Shown one piece after another: positions 11,428-21,875 of a stretch of DNA of 64,000 nt. Under the pieces are notes generated by a model. That model worked only from the letters and a program-made list of their open reading frames with translations, was not told the DNA's origin and ran no database searches. Location: positions 608,001 to 672,000 of the forward strand of contig CAWCAG010000009.1 in assembly GCA_963793425.1 (NCBI GenBank), in the 5' to 3' direction. The stretch comes from an uncultured cyanobacterium (lineage in GTDB: Bacteria > Cyanobacteriota > Cyanobacteriia > Cyanobacteriales > CAWCAG01). Within the stretch, counting starts at the first letter, position 1, and the number at the start of each line of letters is the position of its first letter. The translations under genes and the position numbers were made by a program.

Positions 11428-11462
11428 ATTAGCTATTAGCCATTAGCCATTAGCCATTAGCC
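11428..11462. repeat. Heptamer tandem repeat (ATTAGCC x5, one variant)
   Basis: Read directly. Confidence 0.9.
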
Positions 11463-11467
11463 ATTAA

Positions 11468-11626
11468 CTAAGCTTCCTCAAATTCCTCCTTTCCTGCCCC
11501 ACAAACAGGACAAGCCCAGTCTTCTGGCAAATCTTCAAAAGGAGTACCAGGTTTTATATCATTATCAGGATCTCCTTTTTCAGGATCGTATTCGTAACCG
11601 CAAACATTGCATACATAAGTAGTCAT
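11468..11626 (-). CDS. Rubredoxin
   Basis: [12 protein letters not shown]...[17 protein letters not shown] 11626 gives the canonical 52-aa size. Confidence 0.95.
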   Translation of the reverse strand: MTTYVCNVCGYEYDPEKGDPDNDIKPGTPFEDLPEDWACPVCGAGKEEFEEA

Positions 11627-11717
11627 GTGTTTTCTAAAATCCTTAAGCTTAAAAATCTTTACCAAGAATTATTGCATAATCTAACAATGACAAAAAATTC
11701 ATCGGAGGATTAAAAGG

Positions 11718-13058
11718 TTGGCAACTCGCGTCATTATAGTTCGTCACGGACAAAGTAATTATAATCTCCAACAAAAGATTCAAGGTCGTTGTGATGAATC
11801 TTTGTTAACAGACTTGGGGCGTAGCGATGCCCTCAAAACGGGTCAAATTCTTGATGATTATGACTTTCATGGTTTTTACCATAGTCCTTTGAAACGAGCA
11901 ACCCAAACTGCTGAAGTTATGGAAAGTTGCTTACAAAATCCTCCTTCTCGTCAAGCAGTAGAAATGTTGAGGGAAATTGATTTGCCTTTATGGGAAAAGA
12001 TGCGTAAACAGGAAGTTAAGGAGAAGTTTGGAGAAGATTATTCAACGTGGAAACAGCGTCCTCATGAGTTTAAGATGCTGCTAGAAGGGGAAAAAGAACA
12101 TTTCCCGGTACTTTCTCTTTATCAACAAGCTGAGGAGTTTTGGCAAGAAACCCTTCCGCAACATCAAGGAGAAACTATTTTAATTGTCGCTCACAATGGC
12201 ATTAACCGTTGTTTAATCGGTACTGCTATTGGTGTTCCTCCCTCACATTATCATCGCCTGCAACAATCTAACTGTTGCATCAGCGTTTTGAATTTTACTG
12301 GAGGTTGGGGAGAGCCAGTACAATTGGAATCATTGAATCAAACTTCCCATTTAGATAAGACTCTACCTTCCTACCGCCAACCTCATAAGGGGCCACGTTT
12401 ACTCTTAATTCGCCACGGCGAAACCGAGTGGAATCGTGCTTCCCGTTTCCAAGGGCAAATTGATATTCCCCTAAATGAAAAAGGTAGACAACAGGCACAA
12501 AAAGCAGCGGATTTTCTTGAGGATATACCATTAGATTTTGCTGTGAGTAGTCCTATGGCCAGACCAAAAGAAACAGCAGAAATTATCTTAGCAAATAAGC
12601 CAGAAGTTTACTTGGAATTACAAGGGGATCTTAAAGAGATTAGTCACGGTTTATGGGAAGGAAAATTAGAAGCAGAAATAGAAGCTGAGTATGGAGAATT
12701 GCTACAACAATGGAAGGATGCACCAGAAACAGTGCAAATGCCAGCAGGAGAGAATTTACAACAAGTTTGGGAAAGGGGAGTTGCTTGTTGGGATGATTTA
12801 GTTAAAGCAATTGAGGAGAAATCTTCTGACCCACAAACAGGAATAGTTGTGGCCCATGATGCGATTAATAAAGCAATTCTTTGTTATTTGTTAGGTTTAA
12901 AACCTACTAATTTCTGGAACGTAAAACAAGGAAATGGTGCAGTTAGTGTCATTGATTATCCTCAAGGGACAACAGGACAACCAGTTTTACAAGCTGTTAA
13001 CCTAACTAGCCACCTGGGGTCTGGCATTCTAGACAAAACCGCAGCCGGGGCTTTGTAG
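11718..13058 (+). CDS. Tandem-domain histidine phosphatase (phosphoglycerate mutase-like; possibly phosphoserine phosphatase)
   Basis: Two RHG motifs (VRHGQS, IRHGET), each with a downstream SP..R and VAH. Confidence 0.88.
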   Translation: MATRVIIVRHGQSNYNLQQKIQGRCDESLLTDLGRSDALKTGQILDDYDFHGFYHSPLKRATQTAEVMESCLQNPPSRQAVEMLREIDLPLWEKMRKQEVKEKFGEDYSTWKQRPHEFKMLLEGEKEHFPVLSLYQQAEEFWQETLPQHQGETILIVAHNGINRCLIGTAIGVPPSHYHRLQQSNCCISVLNFTGGWGEPVQLESLNQTSHLDKTLPSYRQPHKGPRLLLIRHGETEWNRASRFQGQIDIPLNEKGRQQAQKAADFLEDIPLDFAVSSPMARPKETAEIILANKPEVYLELQGDLKEISHGLWEGKLEAEIEAEYGELLQQWKDAPETVQMPAGENLQQVWERGVACWDDLVKAIEEKSSDPQTGIVVAHDAINKAILCYLLGLKPTNFWNVKQGNGAVSVIDYPQGTTGQPVLQAVNLTSHLGSGILDKTAAGAL

Positions 13059-13059
13059 A

Positions 13060-13094
13060 AAGTAATAAGTAATAAGTAATAAGTAATAAGTAAT
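13060..13094. repeat. Heptamer tandem repeat (AAGTAAT x5)
   Basis: Perfect copies directly after the stop codon. Confidence 0.9.
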
Positions 13095-13232
13095 AAGTTT
13101 AAGAGTATGGCAACTAACAATAGAGAGATTTAGTACGAAACAAACTACTTACCTATTCCTACCTATCTATCGTTGCTCATTACTCATTGATCATTGATCA
13201 TTGATCGTTGATAACTGATATAAGGGTTTTTC

Positions 13233-14042
13233 ATGGAAGGTTTGAAAGGTAAAAATGTTTTGGTGACTGGGGCTACTTCTGGTATTGGACAGGCGATCGC
13301 AGCCCGGTTTGCTGTTGAGGGGGCAAATGTAGCGATTAATTATCGTAATGATCCTGAGAAAGTTGAAGAAACTAAAAAGATGATTGACGATATGTGCAAT
13401 CAAGTCAGAGGTTGCGGCGGTAGGGAATTACCTGTAGAGGGAGATGTTTCCCAAGAAGAAGATATTATCGCCATGTGTGCCAAAGTTGTTCAAGAATTGG
13501 GTAGCCTTGATATCTTGGTTAACAATGCTGGCATACAAATGGCAGAAGAGTCCCACAAAGTAGAAACCTCTGACTTTGATAAGGTTTTGGCTGTTAACCT
13601 CAGAGGGGCTTATCTTTGCTCTCGCGAAGCCATCAAACACTTTTTGAGTCGGGGGCAAGGAGGCATAATTCTCAATATTTCTAGCGTTCACGAAATCATC
13701 CCCAGACCTCAATATATTAGTTATTCTATTAGTAAAGGGGGCATGGAAAATATGACCAAAACTCTAGCCTTAGAATATGCACCTCAAGGCATCAGAGTCA
13801 ATGGAATCGCACCGGGGGCAACAGCAACCCCGATTAATAGTTGGACGGAGGACAAAGAGAAGAAAGAAGAAGTAGAAAGTCATATACCTTTAGGCAGAGT
13901 AGGTACTTCCGAAGAAGTGGCAGCCATAACTGCATTTCTCGCTTCCGATGATGCCTCATACATAACCGGACAAACCCTCTTTATCGACGGCGGTTTAACC
14001 CTGTATCCCGACTTTCTAAAACCCTGGTCAGCAGGGGAGTAG
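13233..14042 (+). CDS. SDR family oxidoreductase, glucose 1-dehydrogenase-like
   Basis: TGATSGIG, NNAG, SSVHE..P, YxxSK, IRVNGIAPG, DGG. Confidence 0.88.
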   Translation: MEGLKGKNVLVTGATSGIGQAIAARFAVEGANVAINYRNDPEKVEETKKMIDDMCNQVRGCGGRELPVEGDVSQEEDIIAMCAKVVQELGSLDILVNNAGIQMAEESHKVETSDFDKVLAVNLRGAYLCSREAIKHFLSRGQGGIILNISSVHEIIPRPQYISYSISKGGMENMTKTLALEYAPQGIRVNGIAPGATATPINSWTEDKEKKEEVESHIPLGRVGTSEEVAAITAFLASDDASYITGQTLFIDGGLTLYPDFLKPWSAGE

Positions 14043-14137
14043 TTCATTGATAATTGATTAGCAATGATCAGTTTGTCTCCCAAGCTCCCAAGCTCCCAAG
14101 CCCCCCCCAACTCTCCAACTCCCACTTCCTTAAAATC

Positions 14138-15022
14138 ATGATTGAACCAATTGGCGTAGAAAGAGATTCGATTTTAACTTCCTTGGGCAGAATGGTTTAT
14201 TACAGCCCGAATAAAGACCCTTGGTCAGCAAATGATGATAAACCCTCCTTAGTGTTTCTTCATGGCTTTGGGGGTGGCTCATCTGCCTATGAGTGGTCGA
14301 AAGTTTACCCAGCCTTTGCTAACGAATATCGTATCTTGGCTCCAGACTTAATTGGTTGGGGACGTTCAGAACATCCAGAGCGTAACTATCAAGTAGAAGA
14401 TTATATCACTACAATTATTGAATTTCTAGAAAATACTTGCGAAGCCCCTACAGCCGTTGTCGCATCTTCCTTAACCGCTGCTATTGTTATTCGCGCTGCC
14501 ATTCTGCGTCCTGATTTATTTAAGTCCTTAATTCTTACTCTGCCCGCTGGTTTGTCAGATTTTGGCCAAGATTACAATAACAGTTGGTTTATTCAGCTGT
14601 TCAAAGTCCCGGTTATCGATAAGCTTATTTATACCACTGGGGTAGCCACAGCTAATGGCATTAGTAGCTTCCTCCAAAGTCGCCAATTTGCCAAACCTTC
14701 CCGCATTTACCCAGAAATTATCGCAGCTTACTTACAATCAGCACAAGAACCCAATGCTGAATATGCGGCGCTATCTTTTGTACGAGGAGACTTATGTTTT
14801 GATTTAGCTTTGTATATCAAGCAGTTAACCACCCCCACAGCAGTTATTTGGGGGCAAAAATCCGCTTTCACTGGGCCAGAAATCGGCAAACGCTTAGCGG
14901 CACTTAACCCAGAAGCTATTAAGGAATTTCTGGTTTTAGAAGATGTGGGTTTAACGCCACAGTTAGAGTTACCAGGAGTTACTATTGGTTTGTTGAGGAA
15001 GTATTTAGATATATTGACTTAA
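14138..15022 (+). CDS. Alpha/beta fold hydrolase
   Basis: LHGFGGG, APDLIGWGRS. ATG 14138 preferred because the upstream extension is repeat-derived. Confidence 0.85.
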   Translation: MIEPIGVERDSILTSLGRMVYYSPNKDPWSANDDKPSLVFLHGFGGGSSAYEWSKVYPAFANEYRILAPDLIGWGRSEHPERNYQVEDYITTIIEFLENTCEAPTAVVASSLTAAIVIRAAILRPDLFKSLILTLPAGLSDFGQDYNNSWFIQLFKVPVIDKLIYTTGVATANGISSFLQSRQFAKPSRIYPEIIAAYLQSAQEPNAEYAALSFVRGDLCFDLALYIKQLTTPTAVIWGQKSAFTGPEIGKRLAALNPEAIKEFLVLEDVGLTPQLELPGVTIGLLRKYLDILT

Positions 15023-15251
15023 GCTTTTGTACTCTATTATACCTGGGAAGTGGATCTTGTCTTCCTGAAGAGAGATAATTGAGTCGTGCTAAATTATTCC
15101 TATACTGCTAGCGACAGATAGCTAATCCTATTTTTTGAAATTTACTCTCGTACTTAAGTTACCAGAGTTAAGGCTACCAGTCAGGAGTTGATAAATACTT
15201 TCCCCAAGTTGAAAGCACTGAATCCTGACAATCTATAATAGGCTAGTCAGC

Positions 15252-16871
15252 ATGAAACGCATTTTAGTGCTTTCAATTAACCAAAATAACTCTAAGTTTC
15301 TCACAGACTTGCTAGCAGAATCTTACCAACTAATTTGGCCACAATCAGAAACTGGCTTTATTCCCCAAGCGAAGCAACTATTAACTCAACCATTCGACCT
15401 TTGTATTGGGGATTTTTCAACTTTGGAATTACTCAAGCAAGAAATATTAAACAGAAGAGAAGCAGAAAAACCTGTCTTTTTACCTTTCGCCTTAATTACT
15501 TCTCATCAAGAAATAGATATCACCACTGATAGTTTAGAGTATTTAGTTAACGATATTATTTATGCCCCTCTAGAAAAAGCCCTGTTACAAACTAGGTTGA
15601 GGGTATTGTTGCGATCGCGCCAAATGTCTTTGCAACTCAACACAGCTAATGAAAAGTTAGAAAGAGAAGCCCAAGAAAGAATTAAAGTAGAAAAAGCCTT
15701 ACAGCAAAGCGAAATTCGTTTCCGCCAATTAGCTGAAAACATTAGCGAAGTCTTTTGGATTAGCACCCCTGATAAAAGCAAAATTCTTTACCTTAGTAGC
15801 GCTTACGAAAGGATGTGGGGACAAAGTTGTCAAAGCGTTTATGACAATTCTCAAGCTTGGCTAAATATTATTCATCCCGAAGATCGCCAACGAGTAAAAG
15901 CATCTTTAGAAGTTGAAAAACGAGGAGAATTTAGTAAGCAAGAGTACCGGATTATTCATCCTGACAAAGGTATTCGCTGGATGTGGGGGCGGGCTTTTCC
16001 TGTGTTTGAAGCAGGAGAGTTTACTTGCTTAGTAGGAGTAGTAGAAGATATTACCGAACGCAAACAAGCAGAATTAGAAATGAGTAAAGCCCTAGTAGCA
16101 GAAAAAGAACTCAATCAACTCAAATCTAGCTTTGTTTCTATGGTTTCCCATGAATTTCGTAACCCTCTTAATAGTATTTCTGGATTGGTGCAAATACTTA
16201 AATTGTATGGCAATGAACTGACCACAGAGAAAAAACAAGCAATGTTTCCGCGCATCCAAAGCAGCATTGAGAGAATGACCAATCTGTTAGATGATATGTT
16301 GATGATTGGTAAAGCAGAAGAAGGCAAACTTAAATTTAAACTAGCTTTTTTAGAGTTAGAAAAGTTCTGTCGCAGTTTAATTAGTGAAATCAAACTTAGT
16401 CAAGACAAAAAGCACGAAATCATCTTAAACTATCAAGGTAAAGCTGCTTCTATTTTAGATGAAAAACTTCTGCGGTATATACTAACAAACTTGCTTGCCA
16501 ACGCTGTTAAATATTCTCCCCAGGGCGAAACTATTAACTTCAATGTAATTTGCAACTCTTCCCAAGTGGTTTTCCAAATTGAAGATAGAGGTATTGGTAT
16601 TCCTATTGAAGAGCAAAAGCGGCTCTTTGAATCTTTTTATCGTGCTACCAATGTAGGACAAATTCAAGGTACAGGTTTAGGTTTATCAATCGTCAAACAC
16701 TGTGTAGATTTGCATGGTGGGGCGATCGCCTTTAAAAGTGAAGAAGGTGTTGGTACTCAATTTACTTTAACTGTACCTAATGCTCTGAAAGAGGCAGTGA
16801 CAAGAATTAGTAAGCTGTTAGACAAAACCCGTAATTGTTGTTTAACTATTAACCTTATCTGTTTGCAATAA
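15252..16871 (+). CDS. PAS-domain sensor histidine kinase with degenerate N-terminal receiver
   Basis: PAS/PAC (IHPEDR, EDITERK), H-box SHEFRNPL, N-box NLLANAVKY, G-boxes DRGIG and GTGLGL. Confidence 0.92.
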   Translation: MKRILVLSINQNNSKFLTDLLAESYQLIWPQSETGFIPQAKQLLTQPFDLCIGDFSTLELLKQEILNRREAEKPVFLPFALITSHQEIDITTDSLEYLVNDIIYAPLEKALLQTRLRVLLRSRQMSLQLNTANEKLEREAQERIKVEKALQQSEIRFRQLAENISEVFWISTPDKSKILYLSSAYERMWGQSCQSVYDNSQAWLNIIHPEDRQRVKASLEVEKRGEFSKQEYRIIHPDKGIRWMWGRAFPVFEAGEFTCLVGVVEDITERKQAELEMSKALVAEKELNQLKSSFVSMVSHEFRNPLNSISGLVQILKLYGNELTTEKKQAMFPRIQSSIERMTNLLDDMLMIGKAEEGKLKFKLAFLELEKFCRSLISEIKLSQDKKHEIILNYQGKAASILDEKLLRYILTNLLANAVKYSPQGETINFNVICNSSQVVFQIEDRGIGIPIEEQKRLFESFYRATNVGQIQGTGLGLSIVKHCVDLHGGAIAFKSEEGVGTQFTLTVPNALKEAVTRISKLLDKTRNCCLTINLICLQ

Positions 16872-17228
16872 GTCCCTAATAGTCATTAACAATTCCCTAG
16901 GTTGAAAAGGTTTAGTTATATAAGCATTAGCCCCTTGTTTCATGCCCCAATAAAGATCAGCTTTGGTAATTTTAGAAGAACACAGAACAACTAAAACATC
17001 CTTAGTTTCTGGATTTAATTTGATGCGACGACATACCTCATAACCATTATATTGGGGCAGAACAATATCCAACAGCACCAGATCAGGACGATTAGAACTA
17101 ATCTGTTCTAAAGCATCAGCCCCATTATTAGCTACAGTAACGTTAAACTTATTATTACCAAGAAATTTAGCAATTACTGTTCTTTGGGCAGGACTGTCTT
17201 CGATAACAAGAATTTTACTCACAACCAC
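16842..17228 (-). CDS. Single-domain response regulator (CheY/PilH-like)
   Basis: VIEDS, PDLVLLD, YITKPF. Confidence 0.9.
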   Translation of the reverse strand: MVVSKILVIEDSPAQRTVIAKFLGNNKFNVTVANNGADALEQISSNRPDLVLLDIVLPQYNGYEVCRRIKLNPETKDVLVVLCSSKITKADLYWGMKQGANAYITKPFQPRELLMTIRDLLQTDKVNS

Positions 17229-17290
17229 TAACCTCTTAATTTCTCTCTTTACATCGTAGAGTTACCTTGATAGCTCTTGCATGAGGCGCA

Positions 17291-17335
17291 AGTCCCCAAT
17301 TATCCTAGGACTTTAGTCCTAGAGAAAATAGGACT
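17291..17335. promoter_or_regulatory. Palindromic regulator-binding site with flanking half-sites in divergent promoter region
   Basis: CTAGGACT-TT-AGTCCTAG (17305-17322), plus AGTCCC at 17291 and TAGGACT at 17329. Confidence 0.6.
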
Positions 17336-17420
17336 TAGGGTTCTTGCATCCCTCGAAAGAAGCATTTAGCCTCATTATAGTATTGGTGAGAAATTATTAA
17401 AGGCTTTGTCCTATTTCCCT

Positions 17421-18056
17421 ATGATTTGCGTTTTGCTAGTTGACGATCAAAATCTGATACGCTGTGCCTTGAGGCTTTTTTTAGCAGAAGAAGATTGTTT
17501 AGAAATTGTCGGAGAGGCAGAATCTGGGGAAGTGGCAATTCAGCAGGTAGAAGAACTTCATCCTGATGTAGTATTAATGGATATTCTCATGCCCGGTATG
17601 GGTGGGGTGGAAGCAACAAAGGTAATTTGCCAGAGTTTTCCCGAAACTCAGGTTTTAGTTCTATCCATTGATGACGACGATGAATATGTTGCCCAAGCGC
17701 TAAAATATGGAGCCGCAGGCTATATACTCAAAAATACTCCCCCAGAAGAATTAGCTTCAGCAATTAAAGCAGTACACAAAGGATACACTCATATTGGGCC
17801 AGGGCTAGGTAAGAAAATTATGGCCCAAATTCCCGATCCGGCTTTACATTCGGGGGCAACTTGGCAGAAGCTAACCCCCAGAGAACAAGAAATTGTCAAA
17901 TTAATTGCTAGGGGGGCAAATAACCGAGAAATTGCCAAAACCCTTTATATTGCTGAGAAGACAGTTAAAAATCATATTACCAACATTTTGAGTCGCCTTA
18001 ACTTGCGCGATCGCACTCAGGTAGCAATTTTAGCTAATTCCGGTTTAGGAAATTAA
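17421..18056 (+). CDS. NarL/LuxR family DNA-binding response regulator
   Basis: Receiver (VDD, PDVVLMD, GYILK) plus LuxR HTH (LTPREQE...NREIA...TVKNH). Confidence 0.95.
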   Translation: MICVLLVDDQNLIRCALRLFLAEEDCLEIVGEAESGEVAIQQVEELHPDVVLMDILMPGMGGVEATKVICQSFPETQVLVLSIDDDDEYVAQALKYGAAGYILKNTPPEELASAIKAVHKGYTHIGPGLGKKIMAQIPDPALHSGATWQKLTPREQEIVKLIARGANNREIAKTLYIAEKTVKNHITNILSRLNLRDRTQVAILANSGLGN

Positions 18057-18118
18057 GTTAACTGGTTTGTCGAGCTAACATGAATGTGTTGCTTATTGCT
18101 TAGTTTGAGGAGAGATTC

Positions 18119-18931
18119 TTGGGAAGGAAGTTTTTTGCTCTGGCGACGATTATTTTTTTATTAATTGTTAGTATTGTCTGGTTTCAAGGAAAGAAAGCAA
18201 ACACTTCAGTTGAAAATCTGCCAGTGTCAGCCTCAATTTACAATTATCAGGTGGTTAATACCTATCCTCATGATCCTCAAGCTTTTACCCAAGGATTGTT
18301 TTATGCTCAGGGTTTCCTTTATGAAGGAACAGGTTTGTATGGTCAATCTTCTTTGCGGAAAGTGGAGCTAACCACAGGAACAGTTATCCAGAAAACAGCT
18401 TTACCACAGCGTTATTTTGGGGAGGGAATTTCCCTTTGGCAAGATAAAATTGTGCAGTTAACTTGGAAATCTCAAGTTGGTTTTGTTTATAACCAAGAAA
18501 CCTTCAATAAAGAAGGGGAATTTACTTATCCTACCGAAGGTTGGGGTATCACCAATGACGGCGATCGCTTGATTATGAGCGATGGTACAGATAATCTTTA
18601 TTTTCTCGATCCAGAAACTTTTAAACAATTAGGTAGTATAAAAGTCCGCTACAAAGATAAACCTGTGCGGCAATTAAATGAATTAGAATATATTAACGGA
18701 GAGATTTTCGCTAATATTTGGACAACTAATTTTATTGCTCGTATTTCTCCTCGTACAGGTGAAGTATTAAGCTTATTAGACTTACGAAGTTTAAACCCTG
18801 ATGCTGGGAAAAAGGGGCAAGATGTACTTAATGGTATTGCCTATGACGAGGAAGGAAAGAGGCTATTTGTGACAGGAAAGCTGTGGCCGAAGTTATATGA
18901 AATTGAGTTAGTTGAATCCGCTGAAAAATAG
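18119..18931 (+). CDS. Glutaminyl-peptide cyclotransferase (type I)
   Basis: HDPQAFTQGL, EGTGLYG, FGEG, EGWG, LNELE, VLNGIA, TGKLWP. Confidence 0.93.
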   Translation: MGRKFFALATIIFLLIVSIVWFQGKKANTSVENLPVSASIYNYQVVNTYPHDPQAFTQGLFYAQGFLYEGTGLYGQSSLRKVELTTGTVIQKTALPQRYFGEGISLWQDKIVQLTWKSQVGFVYNQETFNKEGEFTYPTEGWGITNDGDRLIMSDGTDNLYFLDPETFKQLGSIKVRYKDKPVRQLNELEYINGEIFANIWTTNFIARISPRTGEVLSLLDLRSLNPDAGKKGQDVLNGIAYDEEGKRLFVTGKLWPKLYEIELVESAEK

Positions 18932-18950
18932 CTAATAGATAGAAAATTTT

Positions 18951-20162
18951 ATGTTTAAGAAATTAATTATTGCTAGCTTACTTAGTTGCTTAATCTTTGT
19001 TCCTCTACAAACAGCTTTATCTCCCTCCCCTGTTCAAGCTATAGAATTGTCTCCTCGTGATGCGATCGCCAGATTATTTACTTCACCTCAAGTTCAACAG
19101 GAGTGGTTTAGTTCCTCCTTTAGGCGACAAATTCCTTTATCACAAATTGAAAATATTCTTAATAACATTCAACAAACTTTGGGAGCATATCAATCAGTTG
19201 AAAAAGAGGGGAAAGATTATCAAGTTATTTTTGCACAAGGAGTTGTTCCTACCAAAATTCGTTTAAACAGTGAAGGGCAAATTGTTACTCTTTTGTTTCA
19301 ACCGCCCATTGCTAACGGAATTAGTTTAGAAGAAGCGGTAGAAAAATATCAAGAATTGCCGGGAGAAGTAAATTTCTTAGTTATAGAAGGAGACTCTACC
19401 TTAGCCGCTTTGAACCCCGATCAACCCCTAGCAGTAGGTTCTGCTTTTAAGTTAGCAGTTTTAGCCACTTTACAACAACAAATTAACGCTGGCGATCACA
19501 CTTGGCAAGACGTGGTGCAACTTCAACCTAATTGGAAAAGTTTGCCTAGTGGAATTTTGCAAACTTGGCCTGATTTTGCCCCCTTAACTCTGCAAACTTT
19601 AGCTACTTTGATGATTTCTCAAAGTGATAACACTGCTACTGATGCGCTGATTCAGATTTTAGGCAAGGAAAAAATAGAAGCTTTTGCCCCTCGTAACCAA
19701 CCTTTCTTAACGACTCGCGAAGCATTCACCCTGAAAAACCCCGAAAATAAGGCTTTCCTAGAGCGTTATCGTCAAGGCAATACTCCCTCACGTCGGGAGT
19801 TGTTGCCACAGCTACGAGAAGCTCCTCTCCCCAATCCAGGCATATTTCAAGATGAGCCTTTAGCTACTGATGTAGAGTGGTTTTTCACCGGACGAGAACT
19901 GTGTAATCTTATGGGTAATATCGCTAACATACCTTTAATGAGCGTTAATCCAGGAATAGCTAAAGTCGATAATTGGCAGCGAGTAGCTTTTAAAGGAGGT
20001 TCTGAACCAGGGGTATTAAACTTAACAACTCAACTGCAAAGCAAAGCGGGTAAAACCTATTGTGTAGCGGCAACATGGAACCATAGCGAAGCCCTGAATG
20101 AATCAAGCTTTTTTACCCTCTACAGTAGCGTTATCACACACCTAAGAGAAAATGACAGGTAA
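18951..20162 (+). CDS. Secreted serine hydrolase, class A beta-lactamase-like
   Basis: Signal peptide, SxxK (GSAFK), SDN, FKGG. Confidence 0.85.
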   Translation: MFKKLIIASLLSCLIFVPLQTALSPSPVQAIELSPRDAIARLFTSPQVQQEWFSSSFRRQIPLSQIENILNNIQQTLGAYQSVEKEGKDYQVIFAQGVVPTKIRLNSEGQIVTLLFQPPIANGISLEEAVEKYQELPGEVNFLVIEGDSTLAALNPDQPLAVGSAFKLAVLATLQQQINAGDHTWQDVVQLQPNWKSLPSGILQTWPDFAPLTLQTLATLMISQSDNTATDALIQILGKEKIEAFAPRNQPFLTTREAFTLKNPENKAFLERYRQGNTPSRRELLPQLREAPLPNPGIFQDEPLATDVEWFFTGRELCNLMGNIANIPLMSVNPGIAKVDNWQRVAFKGGSEPGVLNLTTQLQSKAGKTYCVAATWNHSEALNESSFFTLYSSVITHLRENDR

Positions 20163-20200
20163 CAGGGATCACAAAAGGCATAAAGGGCTTTGCCAACAAA

Positions 20201-20383
20201 TCAAGAAACCGAAGCCAGTAAAATTTTACCAAGCTGAAATAGCTCAAAACAAACGAAAGTAGCAAGAATGACAGTAACCACATTGTTGAGGAGAGGAACA
20301 TTGCCGCGCCCTAAAAAAGAAGCAACAAACTTAACAATAACAATGGCAATAGCAAAAACAATTAGAATTTTCCAGAGGTTCAT
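20201..20383 (-). CDS. Small two-helix membrane protein
   Basis: ATG start, two hydrophobic segments. Confidence 0.6.
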   Translation of the reverse strand: MNLWKILIVFAIAIVIVKFVASFLGRGNVPLLNNVVTVILATFVCFELFQLGKILLASVS

Positions 20384-20687
20384 AATTTTAAAGAGTCTCA
20401 GAGTAAAAATTGCAACAGTATTAAAGTTTGGTAGATCAATTGAGCATTGTAGCTCCTCAATCCCTAATTAGATATTAAAAAAAACTTACCCCTCGACTTT
20501 GTATGTCTTAACATAACTACTACTATCAGCTTATGAGTTGACCATAGATCCAGACTGCATATTCTAGCATCGAAAAAAATCCTTAACTCGGCTTCCTCAT
20601 GGAACTTAAAAATCTCTAGTCGCTTAACAACGCAGCAATGGTAGGTATAATCATTCCAAAGTAACCTTAATCCAAGATACGAAGCGT

Positions 20688-21188
20688 GTGATTGCAATCT
20701 ATCCTGGCAGTTTTGATCCCATCACCTTGGGGCATCTCGACATCATCAAGCGTAGTGCTAAACTCTACGAACAAGTAATTGTTGGAGTTTTATGTAACCC
20801 CAGCAAGAGTCCTCTATTTACAGTAGATAAACGAGTTGAACAAATTCGCCGATGTACTACTCATCTTGCTAATGTAGAAGTTGACAGTTTTACTGGTTTA
20901 ACCGTGGAATATGCTCAAAGTCGCAAGGCAAAAGTTTTGTTAAGGGGCTTGCGGGTACTTTCCGACTTTGAAAAAGAACTCCAAATGGCTCATACCAATA
21001 AAACTCTTCTAGAAGAAATTGAAACAGTCTTTCTCGCTACTTCTACTGAACATAGCTTCTTAAGCAGTAGCGTAGTCAAAGAAATTGCCAGGTTCGGTGG
21101 CTGTGTCGATCACCTGGTTCCTGAGAATATTGTCACGGATATCTACCAGTGTTACACCAAGACTCATCCCGAATCGAACCAGAACTAA
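20688..21188 (+). CDS. coaD: Pantetheine-phosphate adenylyltransferase
   Basis: [23 protein letters not shown]. Confidence 0.97.
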   Translation: MIAIYPGSFDPITLGHLDIIKRSAKLYEQVIVGVLCNPSKSPLFTVDKRVEQIRRCTTHLANVEVDSFTGLTVEYAQSRKAKVLLRGLRVLSDFEKELQMAHTNKTLLEEIETVFLATSTEHSFLSSSVVKEIARFGGCVDHLVPENIVTDIYQCYTKTHPESNQN

Positions 21189-21802
21189 ATCAGTTCAATC
21201 CATCAGAAACAATTCCCGTTACTGCCCTCAGTTTTGACATTCAACGAGAATTAAACAGGCTTGAGGAAATTATTCTCGATAGCCCCCGCGTGTTTTTGAC
21301 TAAACGTACTTTGATTGATGAAGAACAACTTCTCGATCAGCTAGATTTAGTACGCATTAATCTACCGGATGCTTTCGAGGCAGCAAAAGAAATTCTGCGA
21401 CAAAAGGAAGTTATTCTCCTAGATGCGGAAGAATATGCCCAAGAAATGTTAGAAGAAGCCCAGCGTAGATCCCAAGAAATTTTAGAAGAGACGGGTATTG
21501 TTCGGCAGGCGGAATTTGAAGCCAATCAAATTAGGGAAGGGGTGAGACAAGAATGTGAACAAATGCAACAACAAACTCTCTCAGAAATCGAGCAAATTCG
21601 TATTCAAGCACATCAAGAAATTGAACAACTACGGCAAATGGCCTTAGATGAGTGCGAAGATATTCAAAATGGGGCAGATGAATATGCTGATGCCGTTTTA
21701 TTTAGAATAGAAGAGCAACTAGGGGATATGTTAAGGGTGATTCGTAACGGACGTACAAAGCTAGGTAATGGTTCTTCAGATAATAATAAGGTTGATAGCT
21801 AA
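21149..21802 (+). CDS. cdv3: DivIVA-like cell division protein Cdv3
   Basis: Coiled coil with LEEIIL..PR..LT..TLIDE; overlaps the coaD end, the usual cyanobacterial arrangement. Confidence 0.78.
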   Translation: MLHQDSSRIEPELNQFNPSETIPVTALSFDIQRELNRLEEIILDSPRVFLTKRTLIDEEQLLDQLDLVRINLPDAFEAAKEILRQKEVILLDAEEYAQEMLEEAQRRSQEILEETGIVRQAEFEANQIREGVRQECEQMQQQTLSEIEQIRIQAHQEIEQLRQMALDECEDIQNGADEYADAVLFRIEEQLGDMLRVIRNGRTKLGNGSSDNNKVDS

Positions 21803-21875
21803 TGGCTAATAGCATTAATATTTTTTTCTGTTCCCTGTTCCCCAAATTAATAAAAAAACGGAGTTAATAAAATTT

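Noticed and set aside
16842..16871. 30-bp convergent overlap between kinase and receiver genes
   Set aside because: Best explained by a drifted stop codon giving a non-conserved tail.
20464..20697. 77-aa ORF or sRNA upstream of coaD
   Set aside because: No recognisable protein or RNA motif; overlaps the probable coaD promoter.
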